DNA of 64,000 nt, from assembly GCA_026396385.1 (NCBI GenBank), contig JAPLWV010000051.1:26143-90142 (forward strand). The letters run 5' to 3'. The DNA comes from Candidatus Micrarchaeota archaeon (GTDB lineage Archaea > Micrarchaeota > Micrarchaeia > Burarchaeales > Fermentimicrarchaeaceae). Position numbers and translations under genes: made by a program. Of this stretch, positions 7,886-17,404 are shown piece after piece. Under the pieces are notes generated by a model. It ran no database searches. It was not told the origin of the DNA and worked only from the letters and a program-made list of their open reading frames with translations. The stretch's first letter is position 1. Each line of letters starts with the position of its first letter.

Positions 7886-10414
7886 TCATGGCGATTTTTT
7901 TATTGATATCTCTTCTATTATGGTTCCAAGCTCCCGCATGTCGCCATTCTTGATGAATTTTTCGGGTATCCAAGGTTCTGATTGTATCAGAAGTTCGGAG
8001 TATGGTCCGGTGGTACATTCCGCTGATATTTGTAGAATATTATCACCATCTGTCAAATTGCTTGAGAGAAGGCACTTGTTGAAGTAAACGGAGATATTCA
8101 TTGGTGCGTTTAGTGGTTTTTTGGAGTTGTCTATTCTAATGCGCAATGTATAGTCTGAATCCGCAGGTGTCGGGAAGGTAATGTGTGCATTCTTCATCGT
8201 CCACCTGAACTCCCTTCCGTCCGATGAAGTCTCGCAACTGAAGAACCCTGTGATGTAGGGGTAGTGGGAGGGACAGAAGTGGATAGTAATCTCGCCCTCC
8301 TGCAGGGCGACATCGGAACTTGTTACTTCGAATAAATCGTAAGATATCTTTCGCTGGGTTATGTTTTGCGGGAACCCGTACTGGGTTCCTTCCCCCATGA
8401 GAGGTACTTCTATTCCTTTACTTTCTTTGTAATTGAGGAACAAGCCAAAGTTTATCAACTTGTCAGCCAGGTTGTCAGAGGGATTTAGAACATATATCTT
8501 ATGGTCCTCGCTCTGCCACTTTTTGAACTGATTCCCGATAGCGGAGTAGTTGTGGTTGTATACAATGAGTGACTTCCTATCGAATATGTAGTTTAGAGGT
8601 GCGGATAATTTCAGGGATTGCCAGTTATACTTGTCAAATACCAATATAGAATTATTTTCCGTGGAGTTTGAGATTCCCTGGATGTAGTTAATCATCCCCT
8701 CATACTCGACATGGTTGAGGAGAGGGTAATTTGGTTGGATAGATAACAGTGTTAGAATCCCTAAGAGGATCCAGAAAATTATTTTTCCAAGAGGTTTCTC
8801 TTTGAAGGAGAGTTTGGATACGGATTCCGCGAGGTATGCAATGCATACCAGAATGAACGGTATTACGACAGGCACGAACCTCCTTATCCACCACGGTTGA
8901 TCGGCATACATTTTGGCGTTTGCTATGAAATAAACCGAATAGATAAGCATAACTCCGAGGAATAAGTACGTTTCGTTGTATGGTTTTTTGTAGAGAAGGA
9001 GGATTGAGCCGCACACGGCCAGTATTATTCCGATGGGGCCTGCTACGTACCAAGAGATTTTAACCATGTTGTACGTATCCACTATCCCTTCCGTGGGTCT
9101 TATGAAGAACGAGTAGAGTATCGCTGTGATGATGAGAAAAGCTACAAGGTACTGTAGGTATGGTAAAAGCTTCCTGAATCCTTTCAATTTTTTTGATATT
9201 TGGCTTCGGAAAAAATCAAACACAAAAAGAATTAAGAAGGTAAGTAGAATGAGAATCGCGAATAGATGAGGTTGTTCGATTAGGGCTGACTCATAGCTGA
9301 AGGTTACCCGGAATATGTCATATGTGTAGGGGGTGGATACCGCCAAAGCAGTGAGGAACGCAGAGATGAACAGAACTGAAAAAGGAATAATGAAGTAGAG
9401 ATATTCCATTTTCAATTTCTCCTTTATCCTGAGATATACGAAGAAGAGGAAAAGCGGAGCGGCGAGCAGAAATGCGTCAATTCTCGTCAAGAAGATTCCA
9501 CCCAAGCACATTGCTGAAATTATTCCGAAGTATTTGTTATGAGTTCTGTTGAATAAGATAAACAGAGCCAACCCACTGAATGTTAGCAGTTGGGTGAAAA
9601 CCTCGGTACTTGGCTCGCGGGCGTACCATATTTCGGCGAAGTTCAGGATTAATAGGAACGTGGAAAGCAGAGCAACTTTATCGTTGAATAACAGTTTTAT
9701 TAAGAAGAAAACGCTCAGCACAGCCAGAATTGCGAAAATGGGTGTTATGTAAAGGCTTGATTCCAGACCGAATAGCGAGTAGAGTATTGCTATCCAAGTG
9801 GGGTACAAGTATAAGAACTGCGGAGTTATCTCCCCCCTGTCTTTATCTGTGATATAGAAGCCCAGGTACTGGAGGCCTTGGTGGTAGGATTTGTTCAGGA
9901 TTTCTACTCTTTTCTCCATTATATAGAAAACATCTCTTGAGGAATCATTCATATCACTCAAAATTGGATCGTTGATAACCACCGAGCCGGTTTTTGCAAT
10001 GTTCGCCCCCGTATTAACATAAACTCCTTGGTCCCGCCCCCCGACTATCCACTCGTACGGCTTGAGGAACAAAGACGACGCAAGAAGAAGGAGGATTATC
10101 AGCAGGATTGAGGTAGAAGTTAAGGCGGGTTTTTGGAATAAATTCGTATCGAACCGACCATACGATTTAATAGCGAGTGGTATGCTCACCAAGAGCAGCA
10201 GCACGGTAAGGTTCGGGATGGAGAAGAAGCCCAGTTCAGCTAGAATCAGCCCCAACCACCCCGAGAGAATTATGTTGCCTAGAAGGATTGAAAGAACTGT
10301 TTCAAGAAATCCGAGCTTTAATTTTTTATTATGGAATGCGCAGTATAGCAAGAAACCTGGAATTAAGAAAATCAATAGTGATACGGGCAGAAGAAAGGCA
10401 GTTGAAACATCCAT
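7886..10414 (-). CDS. large polytopic membrane protein, probable GT-C glycosyltransferase (842 aa)
   Basis: Many TM helices in the first ~560 aa. Acidic first loop GGRDQGVY. About 280 aa of C-terminal soluble region rich in N-x-S/T. Adjacent to other glycosylation genes. Confidence 0.5.
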   Translation of the reverse strand: MDVSTAFLLPVSLLIFLIPGFLLYCAFHNKKLKLGFLETVLSILLGNIILSGWLGLILAELGFFSIPNLTVLLLLVSIPLAIKSYGRFDTNLFQKPALTSTSILLIILLLLASSLFLKPYEWIVGGRDQGVYVNTGANIAKTGSVVINDPILSDMNDSSRDVFYIMEKRVEILNKSYHQGLQYLGFYITDKDRGEITPQFLYLYPTWIAILYSLFGLESSLYITPIFAILAVLSVFFLIKLLFNDKVALLSTFLLILNFAEIWYAREPSTEVFTQLLTFSGLALFILFNRTHNKYFGIISAMCLGGIFLTRIDAFLLAAPLFLFFVYLRIKEKLKMEYLYFIIPFSVLFISAFLTALAVSTPYTYDIFRVTFSYESALIEQPHLFAILILLTFLILFVFDFFRSQISKKLKGFRKLLPYLQYLVAFLIITAILYSFFIRPTEGIVDTYNMVKISWYVAGPIGIILAVCGSILLLYKKPYNETYLFLGVMLIYSVYFIANAKMYADQPWWIRRFVPVVIPFILVCIAYLAESVSKLSFKEKPLGKIIFWILLGILTLLSIQPNYPLLNHVEYEGMINYIQGISNSTENNSILVFDKYNWQSLKLSAPLNYIFDRKSLIVYNHNYSAIGNQFKKWQSEDHKIYVLNPSDNLADKLINFGLFLNYKESKGIEVPLMGEGTQYGFPQNITQRKISYDLFEVTSSDVALQEGEITIHFCPSHYPYITGFFSCETSSDGREFRWTMKNAHITFPTPADSDYTLRIRIDNSKKPLNAPMNISVYFNKCLLSSNLTDGDNILQISAECTTGPYSELLIQSEPWIPEKFIKNGDMRELGTIIEEISIKKSP

Positions 10415-10484
10415 CGGCTCACGACAAGTTTGTATTTATCATCTTATATCAAAGTTTAAATTCTTAACTATTGATATCCTTATT

Positions 10485-11420
10485 GTGAAGCTGGCTATTG
10501 TTATACCCGCACACAACGAGGAGAAAACCATAGGCAAAGTCATCCGCGAGATCCCGAGGAGGATACCGGAAATTAAGGAAGTGGAAGTGATAGTGGTTGA
10601 TGACGGCTCCACGGATAGAACGGTCTCTGAAGCACTCAAGGCTGGAGCGGATAGATTCGTACAGCATAAGGTAAACAAAGGTTTGGCAGTCTCTTTCAGG
10701 GATGGATTGGATGCCGCTTTGGAGAGCGGGGCAGACATCATAGTGAACACAGATGGAGATTTCCAGTACAACCAAGGGGAGATTCCAACGTTGATAAAAC
10801 CTATAATGGATGGAAAGGCGGACTTGGTGCTGACTGACAGAAATGTTTGGAACCTGCGGCATATGCCCGTGAGTAAAAAGATCGGAAATAAGATCGCAAC
10901 TTATATTGTTAGGTTCCTGGCAGGTTTCCCAGTAAAAGATGCGCAGAGCGGTTTTAGAGCTTACTCGAGAGAAACGGCCTTGCAACTGAATATTCTTTCC
11001 GATTATACCTATGTTCAAGAGATGATAATACAGGCAGTATTCAAGAAAATGAAGATAGCGCAGGTTCCTTGCGATTTCAGGGCGAGAGAGGGGGAAAGTA
11101 GGCTTATCAGTAACATCTGGTCATATGCGAAAAGAGCGGGGTTGACAATTGTTCTGACTTACGTTCATTACAAGCCATTGAAAATTTTCTTGAGCATTGG
11201 ATTGTTTTTGATGCTGTTGGGCTCGGTTCTCGGACTGAGAGTGCTGATCCATTACCTCTCAACTGGCTTAGTTAGTCCGTATATCCCGACGGCAATCCTG
11301 ACTGCCATCCTGTTGATAGTGGGATTTCAGGTTTTAATGATGGGTCTGGTAGCGGATTCTATTAACGCCAACCGAAGGATTATGGAGAAGATCTTGTATT
11401 TAATGAAAAGAAACAAGTGA
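10485..11420 (+). CDS. GT2 glycosyltransferase, dolichol-phosphate sugar synthase-like, C-terminal TM anchor
   Basis: IVIPAHNEEKTIGKVI, VVDDGSTDRT and NTDGDFQ (DxD) motifs, then 2 TM helices. The ORF track start at 10062 overlaps the convergent 842-aa gene. The first in-frame start after that gene ends is GTG at 10485. Confidence 0.75.
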   Translation: MKLAIVIPAHNEEKTIGKVIREIPRRIPEIKEVEVIVVDDGSTDRTVSEALKAGADRFVQHKVNKGLAVSFRDGLDAALESGADIIVNTDGDFQYNQGEIPTLIKPIMDGKADLVLTDRNVWNLRHMPVSKKIGNKIATYIVRFLAGFPVKDAQSGFRAYSRETALQLNILSDYTYVQEMIIQAVFKKMKIAQVPCDFRAREGESRLISNIWSYAKRAGLTIVLTYVHYKPLKIFLSIGLFLMLLGSVLGLRVLIHYLSTGLVSPYIPTAILTAILLIVGFQVLMMGLVADSINANRRIMEKILYLMKRNK

Positions 11421-11426
11421 TAACGC

Positions 11427-11978
11427 ATGGGTTTATTGTCACCTTTTTTAAGAAAATGGAGAATAAGGAAAGCGTCGAGATGGGTACAGGGCAAAAGAAT
11501 TCTCGATTGTGGATGTGGCGATGGTAGTCTATTGGGTATAATCGGCGAGAATGTGGATTACCTGGGAGTGGACATAAACGAAAAAGTGATAAATGAGGCG
11601 AAAGGGAGATACAGGGGGGCAAACTTCATTTTGCTTAATGTGGAGAAGGGAGATTTGGGGAGGTATGGTAAATTCGACTCGGTAGTTGCATGTGCATTAT
11701 TGGAGCATTTGAACAATCCTAAAAAATTTATATCCAAAATTGTCAAACTTCTCTCTAGAGATGGGAGAATTATAATCACAACTCCAGCACCCATTTCACA
11801 TAATATATTGGGGTATGGGTCTACTATTGGAATTTTCGAAAGGGAGGCTTTTGAAGAGCATAAACATTACTTGATTTACGATGATTTTAGGAGGATGGCA
11901 AAAGAGTTAAAACTTACTATAAAGCATTATGAGAGATTCCAATTTGGCCTAAACCAACTTGTTGTCCTATCAAAATGA
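11427..11978 (+). CDS. class I SAM-dependent methyltransferase
   Basis: Motif I ILDCGCGDGSLL; post-I acidic residue (LGVDIN). Confidence 0.75.
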   Translation: MGLLSPFLRKWRIRKASRWVQGKRILDCGCGDGSLLGIIGENVDYLGVDINEKVINEAKGRYRGANFILLNVEKGDLGRYGKFDSVVACALLEHLNNPKKFISKIVKLLSRDGRIIITTPAPISHNILGYGSTIGIFEREAFEEHKHYLIYDDFRRMAKELKLTIKHYERFQFGLNQLVVLSK

Positions 11979-12061
11979 GGATGCTGGGAGCTGCTGCTTC
12001 TGAATAACGAAAATTGGATTCCTAGCTAAGATTTAAATCCTTAGACATAGAATGAGATGCT

Positions 12062-12589
12062 ATGAATAGATACTCCAGAATTCTGTTGATAGCAGCGGAA
12101 GTAATCCTAGGCTCACCAATCTTCTGCTTGCCTGTCTTCAGCCATCTAAAAAACGGCTTCTTCAGATTAGTTCTGAACGCGGACATAAATTTGAGTGTCG
12201 GCGACAGCACATTCATAATCCCGATACATGCAAGTGAGAGAAGTTTCATAAAAATTGGCAGTAATGTTAGGGTTGAGAGAAATTCTTTGGTGGATTGGAG
12301 CGGTGAACTCGAGATGGGATCGAATGTCACAATATCACAAGGAGTTTTCATCTATACCCACAAGCATCAATTCGCTGCGGGAAAGGGAGTCGGAGAAGCA
12401 TCGGCGACTAGTATGAGAATTGGCAGTAACGTTTGGATTGGCGCAAGGTCGATAATACTGCCTTCCGTAGAATGCATCGGGGACAATGTGATGATAGGTG
12501 CAGGCTCCGTGGTTACTAAAAGTGTTGAAAGCGGCGCCGTAATTGTCGGAAATCCTGCGAAAAATATTAAGGAGATAACACTCAGTTAG
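12062..12589 (+). CDS. hexapeptide-repeat (left-handed beta-helix) sugar O-acetyltransferase
   Basis: Tandem hexapeptide repeats IGSNVWIGARSIILPSVECIGDNVMIGAGSVVTKSV, as in the WbbJ / maltose or galactoside acetyltransferase family. Confidence 0.75.
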   Translation: MNRYSRILLIAAEVILGSPIFCLPVFSHLKNGFFRLVLNADINLSVGDSTFIIPIHASERSFIKIGSNVRVERNSLVDWSGELEMGSNVTISQGVFIYTHKHQFAAGKGVGEASATSMRIGSNVWIGARSIILPSVECIGDNVMIGAGSVVTKSVESGAVIVGNPAKNIKEITLS

Positions 12590-12657
12590 TAAGAAGCATA
12601 ATAAGCACATCTCGAATTTGCAAGAGTAAGATTGGCTTCATAAAGGAAGGGGAAGAG

Positions 12658-14103
12658 ATGAAGACAAGCGTGAGCAAAGGCACTTTTTATTTGCTGGTAG
12701 CACAAGCTATCTTTCTAGGGGTAGGATATGCAGTCCACATAGCTTTAGGGAGATTGATGGGCCCTGAACTGTATGGTGTCTTTGGAGTTGTTCTTGGGTT
12801 GATGTCTATTGTGATGTTGATTCCCAGCTCGGGAGTTCCAATTGCAGTTTCAAAATTTATATCCTGCAATGAGAAGAGTGCTGGAAGCATACTGAAGGAG
12901 AGTCTGAAGATACAGCTTATTCTATGCACAGTAATCTTTCTGATTTATTTCTCATCTGCTGGCCTGATAGCAACCGCACTTTCAGATGAGAGGTTCATCC
13001 TTTACGTGAGGCTCACCTCTGTCTCGATATTCCTTGTTGGCATCAGCAGCGTTTATTCTGGCTATTTGAACGGAGTTAGGCACTTCGGGAAGCAGAGCCT
13101 TGTTTCGATAGCGCATTCCCTGACGAAATTGACCGCCATTCTCTTAGTAGTGATGGGGCTGGGGGTTCTGGGGGCTGTTTTTGGGTACCTGCTCTCCTAT
13201 CTTGCAGCCCTCCTACTGGCGCTCTGGTTTAGCAGATTGGTAACGGGGGATGGAAAATTTGAATGGAGAAAGATTCTGTATTTCTCAATGCCTGTGATAG
13301 CGTACTCAGTTTTCAGCAATCTCTTGCCGAATATTGACATACTCATGATTAAATCTTTACTTAGGAATGACAGTTTAGTCGGCTACTACAACTCAGCCTC
13401 AACAATCGGGAGGCTGTTCTACTTCTTGGTGGGAACTCTGTTTGCAACCCTCATACCGGCCATTTCGGTTTCGATAGCAGCCGGGAACCAGAAAAAGGCC
13501 AACAGATACGTCACGAGTTCCATAAGGTACAGCCTTATGCTGCTCATTCCAATAAGCCTAGTGGTGAGCGCAACTGCGAGCGATTTGGCCTCTTTTGTCT
13601 ATTCAAGCGCATTTGCGCAGGCGGGAGAGCCCCTCTCCATCTTCATTTTCGGCATAAGCTTTTTCACTTTATTGAGTGGATTAGCTAGTATGCTGATCGC
13701 AGCGGGGAAACCGAAGCACTGTATGCTTATACTCGGATTGGTCTGTCTGCTCTCTCTTGCGTTGAACTTTCTCTTAATACCAGTGATGGGAATAAAGGGA
13801 GCAGCTCTGGCATCAACAATTAGCAGTTTTGTGGGCTTGGTTGTTGCCTACTATTATGTCACGGGAGAATTCGGATGTCTTATCAGCATGAAGTCTCTTG
13901 CTAGAATATCACTAGCTTCCCTCTTGATCTACCTGCCGAGCCTATACATTGTACTCCCAAACAAATGGCTCCTTCCACTAGAATATGCTTTTCTTTTCGG
14001 GTTTTATTTTGTAGTTCTAATTGTAATTAAAGAATGGAGGAAGGAGGATTTTGAGATAATTAAGAAACTTGTTCCGAAAAGATTCAGTACAGGTATCCTT
14101 TAA
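12658..14103 (+). CDS. MOP-superfamily oligosaccharide flippase (Wzx/AglR-like polysaccharide biosynthesis protein)
   Basis: 481 aa, about 12-14 TM helices, and the overall topology and length of the Wzx/RfbX family, within a glycosylation cluster. Confidence 0.7.
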   Translation: MKTSVSKGTFYLLVAQAIFLGVGYAVHIALGRLMGPELYGVFGVVLGLMSIVMLIPSSGVPIAVSKFISCNEKSAGSILKESLKIQLILCTVIFLIYFSSAGLIATALSDERFILYVRLTSVSIFLVGISSVYSGYLNGVRHFGKQSLVSIAHSLTKLTAILLVVMGLGVLGAVFGYLLSYLAALLLALWFSRLVTGDGKFEWRKILYFSMPVIAYSVFSNLLPNIDILMIKSLLRNDSLVGYYNSASTIGRLFYFLVGTLFATLIPAISVSIAAGNQKKANRYVTSSIRYSLMLLIPISLVVSATASDLASFVYSSAFAQAGEPLSIFIFGISFFTLLSGLASMLIAAGKPKHCMLILGLVCLLSLALNFLLIPVMGIKGAALASTISSFVGLVVAYYYVTGEFGCLISMKSLARISLASLLIYLPSLYIVLPNKWLLPLEYAFLFGFYFVVLIVIKEWRKEDFEIIKKLVPKRFSTGIL

Positions 14104-14115
14104 TTGCGGGGCAAT

Positions 14116-15441
14116 TCATGTGGAGTTTATTTCTTTAGCTTTGTTCATAGCGCTTCTTATGCAAGCAGCCATGTTCATGTACTTAAACTCCGCGAATCTG
14201 CCGCAGGATTCGATTCTTCTCTTCTTAAGGAATTTGAACACTTTTGAACTATTCTTATTGTAATCCAAATCGTATATTACGTAAGCGTACTCCGACCTTC
14301 TGACATTCCTGTAGGATATCTTCGAATTCCTTGCGAAACCCAGCCTCTCCAAATCCTTTACGACTTGCTTCAAAATTTTATCATCGCTCTGTTTCAACAA
14401 CGGGTCGTTGGGGAGGCAGGTTATCTCCACCAGTACGGATGACTTGCCTTCTGGAGCGACATACCTGGAGAAATTGAACGGGAAGCTCAACCTGTTGAAG
14501 TCGCCATCTTCCTCAGCAGGTATGTACATCCAAGAGATGTTGTTTATCCTCGGCTCGTCAATCCCAACCATCACCGTGATGAGGGAGTTGTATTTCAGGT
14601 TGTTTTTCGCTTCTTTCACATCCTTCGGCACTCCATCCATGGAATCTATCAAGTCAGGAATGGGCATGCAGGAAACAAGCTTGTCATATTTTCTCTCCTC
14701 CTTTCCATCTGAAACAGTGAATTTACCTCCTTCCCTTGCAACTGACTTCACTTCAAAATTGTATGTAATCTTATCTCTGAGCTTCTCCTCCATCGGCTTA
14801 ACAAGCGCATTTATTCCTCCCTGAATTGGATAGTAGAAAATGAGGTTCTGGTGGTATCCTTCAGTTTTGATTCCAAGAGACGATTTTATTATGTCTTCAG
14901 CAGGCGGCATGGGTATCCCGCTTGCCAGCAACTCCAGAGACAGTTTTCCAGGAGGGTAATTCCAGATTTTTCTGTTGTAGGGGATGAGGTATTTCTCAGT
15001 TATCCCTTTCCCGAATGTATAATACATCCACTCCTGGAAATTTGTTGGTTTCTTCACCTTTCCCTTGCTCACTTCTATGAGGTTTTTAATAAATGATGAA
15101 ATGCATTCGTAATTGTCCTGCTTGGGCAGCTGGTAAAGACCATTCTCAAACGGGTATTTGATGTACCTTCCCTTGAAAAGAATCTTGGAGTTTCTCTTCC
15201 TTTTCACCCAGTTTCCGTGAAGCAATTTTCGGTATAAATTGAAAACATCCTTGTCCTTTGTGAATATCACATGAGAGCCGCCATAGTCAAAGGTGAACCC
15301 TTCCTCGGTCAGGCTTCTGCAGAGTCCTCCGCACTCAGAATTTTTCTCCAATATCTCAAAATCCTTCTTGAGATGGAAACCCAAAGTCAAACCGCTTAAG
15401 CCGCCACCAAGAATGCCGATTTTCATGGAAAAACCTTTCAT
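14116..15441 (-). CDS. glf: FAD-dependent UDP-galactopyranose mutase-like flavoprotein
   Basis: N-terminal Rossmann IGILGGGLSGLT. Glf-like blocks ECGGLCRS...YGGSHVIFTKDKDVFNLY and C-terminal GRFAEFKYMNMA (compare E. coli Glf GRLATYKYYNMD). The true start is possibly MKIGIL at 15426. Confidence 0.55.
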   Translation of the reverse strand: MKGFSMKIGILGGGLSGLTLGFHLKKDFEILEKNSECGGLCRSLTEEGFTFDYGGSHVIFTKDKDVFNLYRKLLHGNWVKRKRNSKILFKGRYIKYPFENGLYQLPKQDNYECISSFIKNLIEVSKGKVKKPTNFQEWMYYTFGKGITEKYLIPYNRKIWNYPPGKLSLELLASGIPMPPAEDIIKSSLGIKTEGYHQNLIFYYPIQGGINALVKPMEEKLRDKITYNFEVKSVAREGGKFTVSDGKEERKYDKLVSCMPIPDLIDSMDGVPKDVKEAKNNLKYNSLITVMVGIDEPRINNISWMYIPAEEDGDFNRLSFPFNFSRYVAPEGKSSVLVEITCLPNDPLLKQSDDKILKQVVKDLERLGFARNSKISYRNVRRSEYAYVIYDLDYNKNSSKVFKFLKKRRIESCGRFAEFKYMNMAACIRSAMNKAKEINST

Positions 15442-17390
15442 TTTACAACCTTATAAATTTTAACCTCTCCAGCATCCTTGACCAGTTCTAGATAGGGTAT
15501 CGTTGAGTTCGTGTACATGAGATTGAAGAAGACCCTGTTCTCTGTCTGCATGGGCATCCTTATGAAGAGATCCGCGAACATGAAGAGATAATCATCATTG
15601 AATTCAACTCCGCCGAGTGCACTCGTGAAGTACAGGTTTTTGTCAGTAAACGCACCAAAATCCTTGTAGTAGACCTTCCTGCCACCCGTATATTCATCCC
15701 AGGCAACATTTTTGATGGGGTCGTAGTATGTTCTAAACCCTGTGCCGAGTTTTGCGGAGTATAGGCCACCTGCTCGTGAAGGTGGAGCCATGCTGAATTC
15801 TATTTTTTCATTCAGGAATTTCTCCGAACTACCTATCCTCGTGAGGTAACCCCTGCTCACCACAACATAACTCACATTATATCTCTCCAGTATATCGTTG
15901 GCTTTATCACCATTATTCGTTCCAAAGAATATCATCTGGTCATCAAATCTGCCTTGGGGCTGGTTGTTTACCACTGTCTTTCTTTCTGCGATTCCATTTA
16001 CCCACTGCGAGTAATCCCACCAGCTCATCACCACAGCATCCTGATTGGAGTTGTTCTTCAGCCACTGCATTGAAGTATACCAGTCGTCCGAAACAGAGTG
16101 GTGCACTATTTGCGGGGGGTAGAAAAGCACTGCGGAGAGTATCATTACTGGTATGAAAACGTCTTTTTTGACTGATGAGCTTGCAATATCAGAAAACCTG
16201 TTTAGCAGGTATGCCGAGAATATTGAGACGAAGATGCCGGCATATTGGAGGAATCTTATTGCAGTGGAAGCCAGCAATGCGAGGAGGGCGAAGGATACAA
16301 GGAAGAGCAGGGTTGCCCTATTGAATTTCTTTAAGGAGGTTAAGAATAGAATCAGCCCGACCAGGAAGGGCAGAAGCTGCAATCCATAATGCTGGGATAT
16401 GTTTGTTAGGGTGGGTGTTTGCAGTTCGGCTACACTTTCGAGGTATATACCTTTCTCCCTCAGACCCATGTAGGCCAGTCCCGCATCCACAATTGAGCTC
16501 TTGGAGAGAATCAGGAAGGGAAGCGAGCATAGCAGCACTATTGCGAGCAATATCACGAACGCGTTTCTGTTATTTTCAAGCCTAAGGGCCACATAGGAGA
16601 AAAGGGCTGAGAACAGCATCATCCCCAGGAAGGGCATTATGCCAAAACCATACCAGAGAGAAGCAATGACGGCAAAAACAATTGACAGGACAAGAAAACC
16701 GATGGTAACATCCTTCTCCAGAAGCTTTAGGTATGGGTTGAAGAGGGAGATGGCTAGCATGAATGCAGAAAGGATGACCACAACCAAGGGAAAGCCTGTC
16801 CAAGTGAGAGCGAACAGTCCAGTGGAAACCCCTGCCAGTGCATAATAGACTAGCTTTTCTTTATTTTCCATGAATCTCTGGTCTGATGGGGGGGATGAGG
16901 AGGAAGCAGTGGGCTTCTTTATAGCTTTTACGAAATAGAAGAATGCCGAGGATACGAAGAGATAATCCAATGGGTCATGGTCGGAGTAGCCGAAGTAGGT
17001 TGTTCCTTTAAAAATTGGGAGAACTGCCAGCAGCATTACTGCCAGCATTGCAGTCCTCTCATCAAACACTTCCCTTGTGAACAGAAAGACGAATATGAGA
17101 GCAAGCGCAGCAGCCAGCAGTGGGTATATCTGCGAGACCAGCATCACATTCAAGCCTGGAAGATGCGCTGGGATGGCAAGCAGGTAATGCAGAAGGGGTG
17201 GGTATAGTATATTCTCACCCATGTTTGACAGCGGGTCGAAAGACGGCCTTGTGCCCTGCTCAAATGTGTATTCCGCTAGCCGGTAGTGGTACCAGGGGTC
17301 GAAGTCTCGCAGGTATGGAACAGTTGTAGTTGTAAGGGCACCTACCACAATAACAAGAAAGATGGCTGCTAGGAGTTCAATTTTCATCAA
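15438..17390 (-). CDS. aglB: AglB/STT3-family oligosaccharyltransferase, short paralogue (650 aa) with WWDYS variant of the WWDYG motif
   Basis: 13 TM N-terminal domain. The EL1 segment is RDFDPWYHYR. C-terminal globular part has VMSWWDYSQW. Confidence 0.7.
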   Translation of the reverse strand: MMKIELLAAIFLVIVVGALTTTTVPYLRDFDPWYHYRLAEYTFEQGTRPSFDPLSNMGENILYPPLLHYLLAIPAHLPGLNVMLVSQIYPLLAAALALIFVFLFTREVFDERTAMLAVMLLAVLPIFKGTTYFGYSDHDPLDYLFVSSAFFYFVKAIKKPTASSSSPPSDQRFMENKEKLVYYALAGVSTGLFALTWTGFPLVVVILSAFMLAISLFNPYLKLLEKDVTIGFLVLSIVFAVIASLWYGFGIMPFLGMMLFSALFSYVALRLENNRNAFVILLAIVLLCSLPFLILSKSSIVDAGLAYMGLREKGIYLESVAELQTPTLTNISQHYGLQLLPFLVGLILFLTSLKKFNRATLLFLVSFALLALLASTAIRFLQYAGIFVSIFSAYLLNRFSDIASSSVKKDVFIPVMILSAVLFYPPQIVHHSVSDDWYTSMQWLKNNSNQDAVVMSWWDYSQWVNGIAERKTVVNNQPQGRFDDQMIFFGTNNGDKANDILERYNVSYVVVSRGYLTRIGSSEKFLNEKIEFSMAPPSRAGGLYSAKLGTGFRTYYDPIKNVAWDEYTGGRKVYYKDFGAFTDKNLYFTSALGGVEFNDDYLFMFADLFIRMPMQTENRVFFNLMYTNSTIPYLELVKDAGEVKIYKVVK

Positions 17391-17404
17391 TACCCCGTTA
17401 CAAA

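Noticed and set aside
8700-9053. Antisense ORFs inside large genes (for example 8700-9053, 10464-11018, 20726-21193, 39195-39602, 39883-40395, 50628-51191, 51236-51955)
   Set aside because: Each lies wholly inside a well-supported gene on the opposite strand and shows no motif. Typical shadow frames of biased coding sequence.
10062-10484. N-terminal 140 codons of the ORF-track entry 10062-11420
   Set aside because: This part overlaps the convergent 842-aa membrane gene and has no GT2 features. The GT2 domain starts right after the first in-frame GTG at 10485 downstream of that gene.
11418-11429. Same-frame juxtaposition of the GT2 (10485-11420) and the methyltransferase (11427-11978) as a possible fusion or readthrough
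   Set aside because: Two consecutive stop codons (TGA TAA) separate them, and an ATG follows. This is an ordinary tight gene junction.
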